Positions 36,768 to 46,700 are shown, numbered from the stretch's first letter. The stretch is DNA of 64,000 nt from an uncultured Saprospirales bacterium (GCA_913050195.1 CAJXBJ010000002.1:1818-65817), one strand, 5' to 3'. Program-made: numbers and translations. The notes: generated by a model not told the origin, from the sequence alone.

Positions 36768-38372
36768 CTACTTTTTTTTATTTAATCTTTTATATATCCC
36801 CTTATTACTTTTGTATATGTTTATGAACTCCTCAAACATTTTATCATAAAGTCCTTTAAGAGCCTTATTTGGCTTATATATTTTGTCTATAATTGTTTTT
36901 TCAGCAATTCCCTCAACATCTATATATCCGAGCCCAATCATAGCTAAAGCAGCAACACCTTTGGCATTGGCATGTCTTGGCTCATTAATTTGTTGAATTG
37001 GACGCTGTAAAATATCAGCAAGCACTTGACACCACAATGCAGACTTTGCACCTCCACCTATAAAGTTTATAAATTTAAATGGACGGTAAGCACTAGGCAC
37101 AAACTTGGATGTCTCAACATACTTTAGCAACCACCTTGCATTAAAGGCAACCCCTTCCATCACAGCGCGTATCATGTGTGCGCGAGTCATGTGCAGACTT
37201 AAATTATGCCATCCTCCACGTACATTATGATCCTCAATCGGTGTTCTTTCTCCATACAACCAGGGCGTAAAAATCAAACCTTCACACCCAGGAGATATTG
37301 TAGCAGCTAGCTCTGTCAACTTTTCAATAATATCTTCATCTGCTGCATCCGTATCCAATATATCTTTAGCAAAAAAGACATTGTTTTTAAGGAACTGTAA
37401 ACATACTGCAGCAGTTTCTTGTTCATTAGCTACAAAATATTTTCCTTCTAAAGCAGATGGCAAACTAGCCATATTATGAAAAACATCTGTCGCCTTATGT
37501 GGTATGTGACAAGTTAAAAATGAAGAAGTACCAAAACAAAGACCTGCTTCATAATCCCTTACAGCTCCAGTACCAATTGCTGCAGCTTGTACATCAGCTG
37601 TACCTCCAAATACCTTAATCCCTACCTTTAAACCTAATTGCTCCGCTATTTCCTTTTTCAATGTACCAATGATATCTATAGGCTTGGCTAAGTCTGGAAG
37701 TTTATCTCTTTCTATCCCTGTCCATTTAAGTAATTTGGGGTGATATTCAATATTATTAATATCTCTATTATCCATAACCCAATGTAAACACATAGTTTCT
37801 GGTGTTGAAACAAACTCTCCTGTTAAAATTAAGTTTACATAGTCCTTGGGCTCCAAAAACTTATATGTCTGTTTATAAACTTCAGGCTTTTCTTTTTTAA
37901 TATATAAAATATGGGCTATAGGATCTTTACCTGAATGCCCGGGCGCACCTCCAGTAATATTCATCCAGCTAAAAATCTTTGTAATTGAATATCCCTCAAT
38001 TTTAACTATACCATCGGTGATACGTTCAATTTCTGATGCCCCTCTTGAATCCATCCATATTATAGAATCCATTAAAGCCTTTCCTTGTTCATCAACGGCC
38101 ACTGTTCCTGACCATTGTGCAGTGACACTGATTGCCTCAATATCTTCAACATGCACAAAACCATTAGATATTAGTCGCTTAGTCGCTGTTTTGATAGCAC
38201 GCCACCACTGATTAGGGTCTTGCTCTGCACCTCCACCATCAAATAATTTTAAATCTATTGGTTCAAATTCTGTCCCAACGACATCAAAATCTGTGGATAT
38301 TATACAAACTTTAGGACCAGAAGTACCAAGATCAATAGCAAGTATGTATTTTTTATTCGGCGTTTTTATCAT
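36768..38372 (-). CDS. FGGY-family kinase (xylulokinase/glycerol-kinase fold), substrate unknown
   Basis: 'ILAIDLGTSGPKV', 'EQDPNQWW' and 'GGGAKSALWCQVLADI' are FGGY N- and C-domain motifs. The stop is 1 nt from the lyase start. Confidence 0.85.
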   Translation of the reverse strand: MIKTPNKKYILAIDLGTSGPKVCIISTDFDVVGTEFEPIDLKLFDGGGAEQDPNQWWRAIKTATKRLISNGFVHVEDIEAISVTAQWSGTVAVDEQGKALMDSIIWMDSRGASEIERITDGIVKIEGYSITKIFSWMNITGGAPGHSGKDPIAHILYIKKEKPEVYKQTYKFLEPKDYVNLILTGEFVSTPETMCLHWVMDNRDINNIEYHPKLLKWTGIERDKLPDLAKPIDIIGTLKKEIAEQLGLKVGIKVFGGTADVQAAAIGTGAVRDYEAGLCFGTSSFLTCHIPHKATDVFHNMASLPSALEGKYFVANEQETAAVCLQFLKNNVFFAKDILDTDAADEDIIEKLTELAATISPGCEGLIFTPWLYGERTPIEDHNVRGGWHNLSLHMTRAHMIRAVMEGVAFNARWLLKYVETSKFVPSAYRPFKFINFIGGGAKSALWCQVLADILQRPIQQINEPRHANAKGVAALAMIGLGYIDVEGIAEKTIIDKIYKPNKALKGLYDKMFEEFINIYKSNKGIYKRLNKKK

Positions 38373-38530
38373 TCTTATTACGATTTTGACTCACATTTCA
38401 ATAAAAATACTTTAATAGTCAAACCATTTTGAAGCATGAAGGTAATTTAAGCACATTCTTTGACATATATTAAATCGATAAATAAATGAATGGCGCTGAT
38501 AAATGCCTTAAAAAGAGAGATAAAAGAATT

Positions 38531-39373
38531 CTATAAAATAGCATTAGGCTTATTCCAATTAAGCCGGGCCTTATTAGCCGACAATATTTCAATGCCTTTT
38601 TCCCAATAATTCCCAACTCCTCCAATACCATGAGAATCATCTCCCGGTACAACCGCTACATCCATTTCAATCGCTTTATTCAATATTGGTAAACTTATAT
38701 AAGGCTCAGGCTGTCCCTTAACTAATGCCCTAAGGTTAAAATCTAATATTAAATTATGTTGTTTAACATAAGCTAAATTACGCTCTATCCTTTCCCATAC
38801 ATCCGGCAATAATAAAGTCTTCTTATACTCTGCATCAAAAATGCGAACTAGATCCATATGTCCAATAACTGACGGATTAAAGGCTTCCATTAATGCATAT
38901 TGAGCATCAAAGTAAGCGCAATACAGAGCTTGCTTTGAACCATATGCACTTATGCATTGACCATAAGTTTTAGGACTTGTATCCATTTCAATACCGGCCA
39001 TATGATGAACTGAACCAACGATATAATCAGGTTTAATTGCATGAATCCAATATTCTATGGCTTCTAAGCATCCTTCGTACCATTCCGTTTCAAAGGCTAC
39101 TAAGATTTCAATATCATTCCTGTATTTTTCTTTCAAATAATGAAGCCTATCTCCATATCGTCGGAAACTATCTTTCATACGTATAGCATTCCAACCAAAA
39201 GGCCTTTCAAAAGAGTAAATCCATTTATCTGATATTGGAGGCATGTGCTCAGTTATGCCAACCCATGAGTAGCCTGCTTTTATATAGGTCAAAATAATAT
39301 CTTCTAAAGCATCCTTTGCATGAAAACAATAAGAAGCTGAATGCCCCCCATGAACTGATACTTTTTGTATCAT
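38531..39373 (-). CDS. PHP-family phosphatase of the HisJ/His2 histidinol-phosphatase type
   Basis: 'VSVHGGHSASYCFHAKDALEDII…GITEHMPP', 'GSVHH', 'IGHMDL' and 'GDDSHG' form the PHP metal-ligand pattern. Confidence 0.75.
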   Translation of the reverse strand: MIQKVSVHGGHSASYCFHAKDALEDIILTYIKAGYSWVGITEHMPPISDKWIYSFERPFGWNAIRMKDSFRRYGDRLHYLKEKYRNDIEILVAFETEWYEGCLEAIEYWIHAIKPDYIVGSVHHMAGIEMDTSPKTYGQCISAYGSKQALYCAYFDAQYALMEAFNPSVIGHMDLVRIFDAEYKKTLLLPDVWERIERNLAYVKQHNLILDFNLRALVKGQPEPYISLPILNKAIEMDVAVVPGDDSHGIGGVGNYWEKGIEILSANKARLNWNKPNAIL

Positions 39374-40428
39374 TTTTGACCATTAAATTTAAATGCCAAA
39401 TAAACTGGTTGGTGATCAGAAAATTTAAAATCCATATTCAGACATTTAACTTCTTGAACTTCAATATTGGGAGATGCTAAATAATAATCAATAAGTGTCG
39501 TATTAGTCACTCCATGTTCATAATACGATAGCATTTGTCGATTAGTTGGAATTGTTGAATCATACAACCATTGCCAATCATCAGGCATAAAGTCGGCCGA
39601 GATATAGGTTCGCATATAATCAGAATCTTCATTAAATATTTTTGGATCAAAATTAGGTGGACACTGATTAAAGTCACCACCAACCAACACATAATTACCT
39701 GCATTATATTCTTTTAAAATAAAATCCTTTAAATATGCCATCTCTGATTTCTTAAGTTGACCCTTATCAAAAGCTGAATTATGATTATTAATTAATATGA
39801 ATTCTTTTTTATCTTCTGTTTTAAATCGTTTTACCAGAATACAACGATCAAGCATTAAGCATGATCGCGGCCAATCATAAGATGAAGGATATTGATGCAC
39901 TTCTACTTGAAATGCTTTTGTCCTACAAAAGCTTGCTAATCCAGATCTAACATACCCAATTGGATCTAAAAAAGGTTTAGGAATAAAATCCACATGTAAA
40001 TTATAGGTAAAGAAAGCCTGATGATCCATTAATAAACTATCGAAACGATATAATTGATTTATATAGTAGGACCTTTTTGATTTAATATCCAATTCCTGAA
40101 AAAGAATAAAATCTATAGATGACATCTGTTGAAGCAGACCTTCTATTCCCTTTAAATTCTTTTTTACATTGACTTTTGTTGTCCGCGCCTGTTTACCGCC
40201 ATCGTAAAAAAAATCAGATTCCTCACCCAAACCAGCATATCCAATATTCCAATTTAAAACTTGATAGAAAGAATCTATTTTTAGATAATCATCACCTATT
40301 TTTTGAGTGCTAATTATTTTAAAATCTTCAGGCTGATAATCCGTAAGTGTAGCATAAGAAAGGATAAGTATTAAGTAAATAATAAAAAGCACAAAAAGGC
40401 TATAAACATAAAGTGCGAAACGCTTCAT
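39370..40428 (-). CDS. Membrane-anchored endonuclease/exonuclease/phosphatase (EEP)-fold phosphoesterase
   Basis: N-terminal TM helix. 'LNWNIGY', 'LFQELD', 'NNHNSAF', 'GGDFN' and 'SDHQPV' are EEP catalytic blocks. There is an ATGA overlap with the PHP gene. Confidence 0.8.
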   Translation of the reverse strand: MKRFALYVYSLFVLFIIYLILILSYATLTDYQPEDFKIISTQKIGDDYLKIDSFYQVLNWNIGYAGLGEESDFFYDGGKQARTTKVNVKKNLKGIEGLLQQMSSIDFILFQELDIKSKRSYYINQLYRFDSLLMDHQAFFTYNLHVDFIPKPFLDPIGYVRSGLASFCRTKAFQVEVHQYPSSYDWPRSCLMLDRCILVKRFKTEDKKEFILINNHNSAFDKGQLKKSEMAYLKDFILKEYNAGNYVLVGGDFNQCPPNFDPKIFNEDSDYMRTYISADFMPDDWQWLYDSTIPTNRQMLSYYEHGVTNTTLIDYYLASPNIEVQEVKCLNMDFKFSDHQPVYLAFKFNGQK

Positions 40429-40430
40429 AT

Positions 40431-43337
40431 TTAGTACTTAAGCCATTTAAATGAATAAGCTTTATCATCACTTTGAATAATAACCTTATACATTCCATAT
40501 GACAAGGCTTGCAAATTTAAATTTTGAGTAATCAGATTAGACTCAAAAACACATTTACCTCCCAAATCAAATATTCTAACAAGATAAGGTTCTGAGTTAA
40601 TTATCCCATCAATATTCAAAATTCCATTAGAAGGATTTGGATAAAATCGAACAGCTTGATTTAAAGCTTCAATAAAGGTTAAGGCACTTACTTGTATACT
40701 ATCTTTTTTTATACATCCCACAGAGTCAATTAATGTCATGGTATATGTACCAGAATCTAAATTATATGCTGTATCTGTTGTTTGTAAAGCATTATCATTC
40801 CAGTTATATTGATAAGGAGGAACACCTCCTGATCCTTGTGCATAAGCCAATCCATCTTGTGCTCCAACACTAGATTCTGGACTGCTTCCAAGACTTAAAT
40901 TAAGTGTATCGGGTATTGCCAAATCAAGCCACATAGTATCTGTCTCACAACCGTGCTGATTTGTAAGCACTATTCCATGCTGTCCGCCAATCTTATTTGA
41001 ATCGATTACAAGGTAAGTAGCATTACCCGGCATGAAATCACTATAAGTGGTATCAATACTACCGTTTGAGTCAATAGACCAATAAGTCACTGAATAAGGA
41101 GCCATTGTATAGTATGTACTAATTTGAATAATGCCATTACTATCCTCGGCGCAAATGGGCCCTTCACCATATGCTTCAGCTATAAAGGTATCTGGCTCTT
41201 GCAAAACAAAATTAAAACTATCTACACATATCGTATTAGATACAGTAACCTGATATGAGTCAACTGCCAAATTAAGGGCAGCATTACCTACATTTGCTCC
41301 ATGGCTCCATATGTATGAATTATTATTACCCACTTGCATATTTGGATAAAGAACAATAATCCCATTCGAATCACCTTTACACACCGGATTAAATTGATTT
41401 GTTGAATCAATAAGAGCTGGCCCTTCACTTAAGGTTACAGAGTCAATAATTACACAGCCTGTTTGAGTAGTTACTGTTATGACATAAGTTCCGGCAGCTA
41501 AATTATTATTGCTATGCCCATTTACGCCATTGCTCCATTGAAAAGTACATGTACTAAATTGACAAGTACACCCTGAGGTTGTAATATCTGCCACACCATC
41601 ACTGCCCCCTTCACAACTTACATTTTGTTGAAACTTATGAATAACATGTGGGTCCTGAATATTGGCAAAATGATCTTCCTTACAGCCATTAGCATCCATA
41701 ATTCTAGCCCAATAAAAATTTGGTTCTAAACCATCTGCTAGACTATCAATAACATTATTGGAAAATTGATAAGTATATGGTGCTTGTCCTCCAATTACAG
41801 TAAAACTCATTTTACCATCACTAGCTCCATTACAGGAAATTTGCTCCACAGAAAAAGTAGCTAAGGGTATTGTATCACAGACCTTACCTTTAAAGTGATA
41901 TTGTCCATTGCTTTCTGTCCCTAGATAATTTGCCCATGCTATACCTTGTGGACCTACAGAGGCATCTAATTCAATTCGATTCAAAAAATAACCTTTAGCA
42001 CCCATGGGATTAAGACTATCTATACCCACTGCAAAAACAATATCTAAAGAATCATTATAATCAAGATCATTTATTAAAGCCGTTGAGCCCAAATTCTGTC
42101 CGTTGGAAGTATGTAGCAAATAAGAAGAGTCATTAAGATAGTCTCGCGCCATTAATTCATGTGACATCACACCCCCATTTGATTGAACAACACTTATAAG
42201 TAGTTCATCATAAGCATCACCATTTAGATCAGCAGCAATACAGGATGAAAACTGCATACTTCCAAAACTATCAATAGCTGTAACTACACCTGTGTAACCA
42301 TCAATCATTACCTGTTTATAATCCGTATACATTGTTTGTGAACCCTCAAATAGAGATAAAACAACATCTGGAATTATATTACCAGTAAAATAGCCAAGTA
42401 CTGGTGCTGCACTTGTTTCAAATCCAATAAAATCATGAGAATGCATTAACCAATACCCACTTCCATCATAAACCCTATATTGCCCATTGTAGCTAATAGA
42501 CACAATATCTAAAGTTGTATTTCCATTTAAATCTCCCAATGATACTGGGGCAATAAAGCCCTCACCTCCACCATTATTGAGAACATAAGCATTGCTCAAA
42601 TCCTCATTAATAAGATCCTGAAGTTTAGAAACATATAGATGACCATTTATAGTCTCCCCTCCAGTTCCATATATAATTTCCAAATCACCATCATTAGCTA
42701 GATCAGCAACTATAGGCGAGCAATAAGTTTCCTGACTATCAGGAACAACAGCCCTTGACAATATTTGTCCTGTTAATGCATCAAGAATCATTAAATGACC
42801 TGGTAAACGATTTGTATCCCAAGGCAAAGCATCTGGGTCTCCTCCATTTGAAACTAATAAATCACTGTACCCATCACTATTCTGATCAGGCAACCATTGC
42901 GCTGAATAAAATTGAAGCTGACCACTATCCTTTGGATTTAAACCATTTGAACTTGGCCAAAACTCCCAAATCAACTGACCTGTCGACCCATTAATAGCCT
43001 TAAAAATTGCGCTACGTCCTCCAATAAACACATCATCAATACCATCACCACTAATATCCTGAAATATTGCACTTCCAAAAACTTCGTCCCTAGCATTTAC
43101 TGACCACAGAACTTGACCATCTTTTCCATCAAAGGCTTGAATTGCATTCAGACGACTTTCTTCTGCAACGCCTCCTCCAACTATAATATCAAGTACACTG
43201 TCATTGTTCAGATGAGCTACTCTAGGACTAGAAAATTGATTTAAAGAATCACTAAATGTAGACCATTGAATTTGCTGGCCAGAAAGGCCAAACAAACAAA
43301 ACATAAATACAAAGCTTAAAAAGCCCTTTTTAATCAT
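40431..43337 (-). CDS. FG-GAP/VCBS beta-propeller + SprB-repeat protein with T9SS type-A CTD
   Basis: Repeated 'DLNGD/DISGDGIDD' FG-GAP calcium loops. SprB-type 'CNGASDG…PYTYQW' units. CTD 'FYPNPSNGILNI…GMYKV'. Confidence 0.8.
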   Translation of the reverse strand: MIKKGFLSFVFMFCLFGLSGQQIQWSTFSDSLNQFSSPRVAHLNNDSVLDIIVGGGVAEESRLNAIQAFDGKDGQVLWSVNARDEVFGSAIFQDISGDGIDDVFIGGRSAIFKAINGSTGQLIWEFWPSSNGLNPKDSGQLQFYSAQWLPDQNSDGYSDLLVSNGGDPDALPWDTNRLPGHLMILDALTGQILSRAVVPDSQETYCSPIVADLANDGDLEIIYGTGGETINGHLYVSKLQDLINEDLSNAYVLNNGGGEGFIAPVSLGDLNGNTTLDIVSISYNGQYRVYDGSGYWLMHSHDFIGFETSAAPVLGYFTGNIIPDVVLSLFEGSQTMYTDYKQVMIDGYTGVVTAIDSFGSMQFSSCIAADLNGDAYDELLISVVQSNGGVMSHELMARDYLNDSSYLLHTSNGQNLGSTALINDLDYNDSLDIVFAVGIDSLNPMGAKGYFLNRIELDASVGPQGIAWANYLGTESNGQYHFKGKVCDTIPLATFSVEQISCNGASDGKMSFTVIGGQAPYTYQFSNNVIDSLADGLEPNFYWARIMDANGCKEDHFANIQDPHVIHKFQQNVSCEGGSDGVADITTSGCTCQFSTCTFQWSNGVNGHSNNNLAAGTYVITVTTQTGCVIIDSVTLSEGPALIDSTNQFNPVCKGDSNGIIVLYPNMQVGNNNSYIWSHGANVGNAALNLAVDSYQVTVSNTICVDSFNFVLQEPDTFIAEAYGEGPICAEDSNGIIQISTYYTMAPYSVTYWSIDSNGSIDTTYSDFMPGNATYLVIDSNKIGGQHGIVLTNQHGCETDTMWLDLAIPDTLNLSLGSSPESSVGAQDGLAYAQGSGGVPPYQYNWNDNALQTTDTAYNLDSGTYTMTLIDSVGCIKKDSIQVSALTFIEALNQAVRFYPNPSNGILNIDGIINSEPYLVRIFDLGGKCVFESNLITQNLNLQALSYGMYKVIIQSDDKAYSFKWLKY

Positions 43338-43440
43338 GAATTTTTAATTTACAGATATAAATGTACGATTAATTCAAGGTATAATTGATACAACCCTTCC
43401 GTGAATATTCACTACCTTCGAAAAAAATTATACTAGCCTT

Positions 43441-44607
43441 ATGAGTACTAAGTTTTCAATGGTCGCTACCACACTATATGGTTTAGAACAAGTTCTTGCC
43501 AAGGAACTAGAAAATATGGGTGCTACTGAAATTGTAGTTAAAAACCGGGCAGTAGAATTCAAAGGTAATCAAGCTTGTATGTACAGAGCTAATATGTCCT
43601 GTAGGACAGCTTTAAGAATTCTCTTACCTATAGGACATTTTAAGGCATTCAAAGAAGAACATCTATATAAACGGACAAAAGAAATTGATTGGTCCAAGCA
43701 TATCCGTGATGGTCAGTCCTTTGCAATCAATGGAGTTGTACATTCTAAGATTTTTAAGCACTCCGCGTATGCTGGTCTTAAGGTTAAAGATGCTATTGTT
43801 GATCAGTTCAGAGATAAAACTGGCGAAAGACCTAATGTCAACCCCAAAAGACCAGATGTTCTTGTAGTATTACATATAGATAAAGAGTACGTCAAGCTTT
43901 TATTAGATACTTCTGGGAAGCCATTACATATGCGAGGTTATAGATTAGATGCTGTTCAAGCTCCAATAAGCGAAGTACTTGCTGCGGGCATTTTACAATT
44001 AAGCAGTTGGGAAGGCCAATCTGATTTTTTAGACCCAATGTGCGGCTCAGGCACCTTTTGTATTGAAGCTGCTTTAATGGCAATGAACAAGGCACCTAAT
44101 CTAGCTAGAAAGCATTTTAATTTTATGGGTTTTGCAGACTATGATCCGGATTTACTAATGAGTGTTAAAGAATCTCTTATTAAAGAAGAAAAAGCTTATA
44201 ACCACACCATCTATGGTTTAGATATTTCCAAAGAGGCTTGTGGCATAAGCCGCTCAAACGTAATGCGCATTGGACTTAGCAGAGCAATTAAAATTCAGTG
44301 CACTGACTTTTTTAATTACAAACCGAATTCAAAAAAACACCATATCGTATTTAATCCGCCCTATGGAAATCGCTTGAGAATTAACCCAAAGGCCTTTCAC
44401 TCAGACATAGGGGATGCATTTAAGCAAAAATATAGCGGATGTAAGGCATGGTTAATAAGTAGCGATATAGAGCATATCAAATACATTGGACTCAAACCAA
44501 GTAAAAAAACAAAGCTGATTAATGGAAAATTAGAATGTCGCCTCTTAGAATTTGAAATGTATGAAGGAAGCAAGAAGCGCAAAAATCAAAAAGAAGAGAC
44601 GCTTTAA
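43441..44607 (+). CDS. THUMP-domain class I SAM-dependent RNA methyltransferase (RlmL-like)
   Basis: N-terminal THUMP layout. 'LDPMCGSGTF' (SAM site) and 'IVFNPPYGNRL' (catalytic NPPY). Confidence 0.85.
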   Translation: MSTKFSMVATTLYGLEQVLAKELENMGATEIVVKNRAVEFKGNQACMYRANMSCRTALRILLPIGHFKAFKEEHLYKRTKEIDWSKHIRDGQSFAINGVVHSKIFKHSAYAGLKVKDAIVDQFRDKTGERPNVNPKRPDVLVVLHIDKEYVKLLLDTSGKPLHMRGYRLDAVQAPISEVLAAGILQLSSWEGQSDFLDPMCGSGTFCIEAALMAMNKAPNLARKHFNFMGFADYDPDLLMSVKESLIKEEKAYNHTIYGLDISKEACGISRSNVMRIGLSRAIKIQCTDFFNYKPNSKKHHIVFNPPYGNRLRINPKAFHSDIGDAFKQKYSGCKAWLISSDIEHIKYIGLKPSKKTKLINGKLECRLLEFEMYEGSKKRKNQKEETL

Positions 44608-44668
44608 ATTTTCTATTTTTTTCGAGTTTTTAAATTAAAAGCATGTTCAAATTCTATATTTTCGCGCC

Positions 44669-45019
44669 ATGAATATAGAAGTTTTAAAATCAAAGATACA
44701 TAGAGTTAAAGTTACTGGAGCTGACCTTAACTATATAGGAAGTGTAACCATTGATCAAACGCTCATTGATGCTGCTAACCTTATTGTTGGAGAGAAGGTT
44801 CAGATTGTGAATATCAATAATGGGGAAAGATTTGAAACCTATGTTATATCAGGCAAAAAGGATAGCGGAGAAATTGTATTAAATGGACCTGCCGCTCGTA
44901 AAGTTGCAAAAGATGATATCATCATTATTATATCTTATGCTTCAATGAACTTTGAGGAAGCAAAAAGGTTTGAGCCTACAGTTATTTTCCCAGACGAGTC
45001 TAATAATAGACTTAATTAG
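44669..45019 (+). CDS. panD: Aspartate 1-decarboxylase proenzyme
   Basis: '[24 protein letters not shown]' contains the G-S self-cleavage site. Size 116 aa. Confidence 0.95.
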   Translation: MNIEVLKSKIHRVKVTGADLNYIGSVTIDQTLIDAANLIVGEKVQIVNINNGERFETYVISGKKDSGEIVLNGPAARKVAKDDIIIIISYASMNFEEAKRFEPTVIFPDESNNRLN

Positions 45020-45121
45020 TTGTATAATAATCAATAAGCATTGTTATGTTTGGCACGATATTTATTATTTATTAAGCAATAATAAATTTATATTTGATTA
45101 AACTAAATTAAAATCATCCTT

Positions 45122-45574
45122 ATGAAAAAATCATTCTTAATCCTTGTTTGTGTCGCATTGTTTAGTATGGACTTAGTGGCCCAAACATATGAGTATCAGT
45201 TTATTACACAAGTAGAATCCATTGTTGCTGGAGGTATGGGACGTTCTAGAATTGTCCATGCAAAACAAGCTATGGACCATACTGCTCTTACAATGAGTCG
45301 TGTTGATGGCAAGTTAGACAAGAAAAAAGTGAAACGTTCTGATGCAAGAATCGGCAACTTTGATGAAACTAAAATCTTAAACTTTTACTCAATGGTTGGT
45401 TTGAGCTTTGAAAACATTGCTTCAAATGATGCAGTTATGTCATCTAAACTAAACACCATGTCAGCAGAAGGCTGGGAATTATTTTCAGTTTACAGTGGAG
45501 TTGAAAGCGATTCTGGTGAGCCAGATGGCAAAGGTATCTTTATCACACGTTATCTGTTTAGAAAAAAAATCTAG
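45122..45574 (+). CDS. Hypothetical secreted protein
   Basis: Signal peptide '…FSMDLVAQ'. No recognisable domain. Confidence 0.55.
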   Translation: MKKSFLILVCVALFSMDLVAQTYEYQFITQVESIVAGGMGRSRIVHAKQAMDHTALTMSRVDGKLDKKKVKRSDARIGNFDETKILNFYSMVGLSFENIASNDAVMSSKLNTMSAEGWELFSVYSGVESDSGEPDGKGIFITRYLFRKKI

Positions 45575-45592
45575 ACAAAACTTTCTAAGTAT

Positions 45593-45630
45593 AAAAAAAG
45601 CGAGCTCAAAAAGCCCGCTTTTTTTATTTT
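45593..45630 (+). terminator. Rho-independent terminator
   Basis: AAAAAGCGAGC…GCCCGCTTTTT hairpin followed by a T-run. Confidence 0.65.
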
Positions 45631-45649
45631 ACTTACAGCTGAATAACTT

Positions 45650-46159
45650 ATGAATACTGAATTAGCAAAATACGCTGTCAAGCCCATATCTAAAGGATTA
45701 AGGCGTAATTACAAACTGTTTAAGGATAATGAAGAGATTTTAGAAATAAAATCTTTTTGGAACAGATACGAGTTTGACTACAAGAAAGTAGTCCATAAAA
45801 TCAAACAAAAAAACATATCTGGAATCACTTATCAAATTTCAAAGATTCCATATAATATTGGAAGTATACACTTTAATTGGAAATTTCAAGGAAGAATAAG
45901 TTTAAAACTTAATTCAAAAGAACATAACTATAAGATAGTCAGCAAAAGTAATTTTTGGGGAACCAAAAAAGCTTTTATTCTGAAAAATGATAAAAATGAG
46001 GTTGTAATGAGTATTAAAACCATTTATTCGGGCTTTTTAGCTCTGAAGGTTAACTATATTATTGAATTAAATAAAGACACAAAAGCTGTCGACCATATTG
46101 AGCTTATTACTTATTTCTTTTTATCAAGCCGCATATTAACTTCATTAAGAGGCTATTAA
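45650..46159 (+). CDS. Hypothetical protein
   Basis: A 169-aa ORF that is Lys-rich, with no signal peptide and no motif recognised. Confidence 0.5.
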   Translation: MNTELAKYAVKPISKGLRRNYKLFKDNEEILEIKSFWNRYEFDYKKVVHKIKQKNISGITYQISKIPYNIGSIHFNWKFQGRISLKLNSKEHNYKIVSKSNFWGTKKAFILKNDKNEVVMSIKTIYSGFLALKVNYIIELNKDTKAVDHIELITYFFLSSRILTSLRGY

Positions 46160-46190
46160 AACCATTAGTAGTCCTTTACAAAACGATATT

Positions 46191-46220
46191 AAGAAGCCCT
46201 GGTAAATACCAAGGCTTCTT
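46191..46220. terminator. Putative bidirectional terminator hairpin between convergent genes
   Basis: AAGAAGCCCTGGTA pairs with TACCAAGGCTTCTT with one mismatch. The flanks are only moderately T-rich. Confidence 0.45.
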
Positions 46221-46250
46221 TAAAATAAAATTTCAAAACTTCTTTAAACT

Positions 46251-46700
46251 CTAAAGCTTTTCCAGCGTAATAATTTCTGTATCCGTACCTGCTGCTACTG
46301 CACCACCGTTTCCAATTGGTGACACTAATCTCATGTTTGAGCTTGTAAGCTCGTTAATAGCATATTCAAGAGTATCATCAGCAACTAACATAAAGCCAGT
46401 TTCAGCATTTGTATTTTCTGAAATAGAATACGTACTGGTATCAACGTTAGTTATTGAAAGTGAGGTAATTGTCGTTGTTGAATACACGTTACAAGTACTA
46501 CCAGACTCACAGGATTCAAAATCCATAATGATCGAGTTTTGACCTAAGACATCAGTCGTACTACTAGCACCATGCACTTCGTAAGAAGTTACATTCCACT
46601 GTCCTGAAATATTTTTTAAAGTCTTTTTTTCCTTACTACAGGAGGCCAAGAAAATGGCTAATCCTATGGCTATAACTGCAAAATTTCTCATGTTATTCAT
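46251..46700 (-). CDS. Small lipoprotein (lipocalin-like size), function unknown
   Basis: Lipobox 'FLASC'. The body is Ser/Thr-rich and looks like beta structure. Confidence 0.6.
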   Translation of the reverse strand: MNNMRNFAVIAIGLAIFLASCSKEKKTLKNISGQWNVTSYEVHGASSTTDVLGQNSIIMDFESCESGSTCNVYSTTTITSLSITNVDTSTYSISENTNAETGFMLVADDTLEYAINELTSSNMRLVSPIGNGGAVAAGTDTEIITLEKL

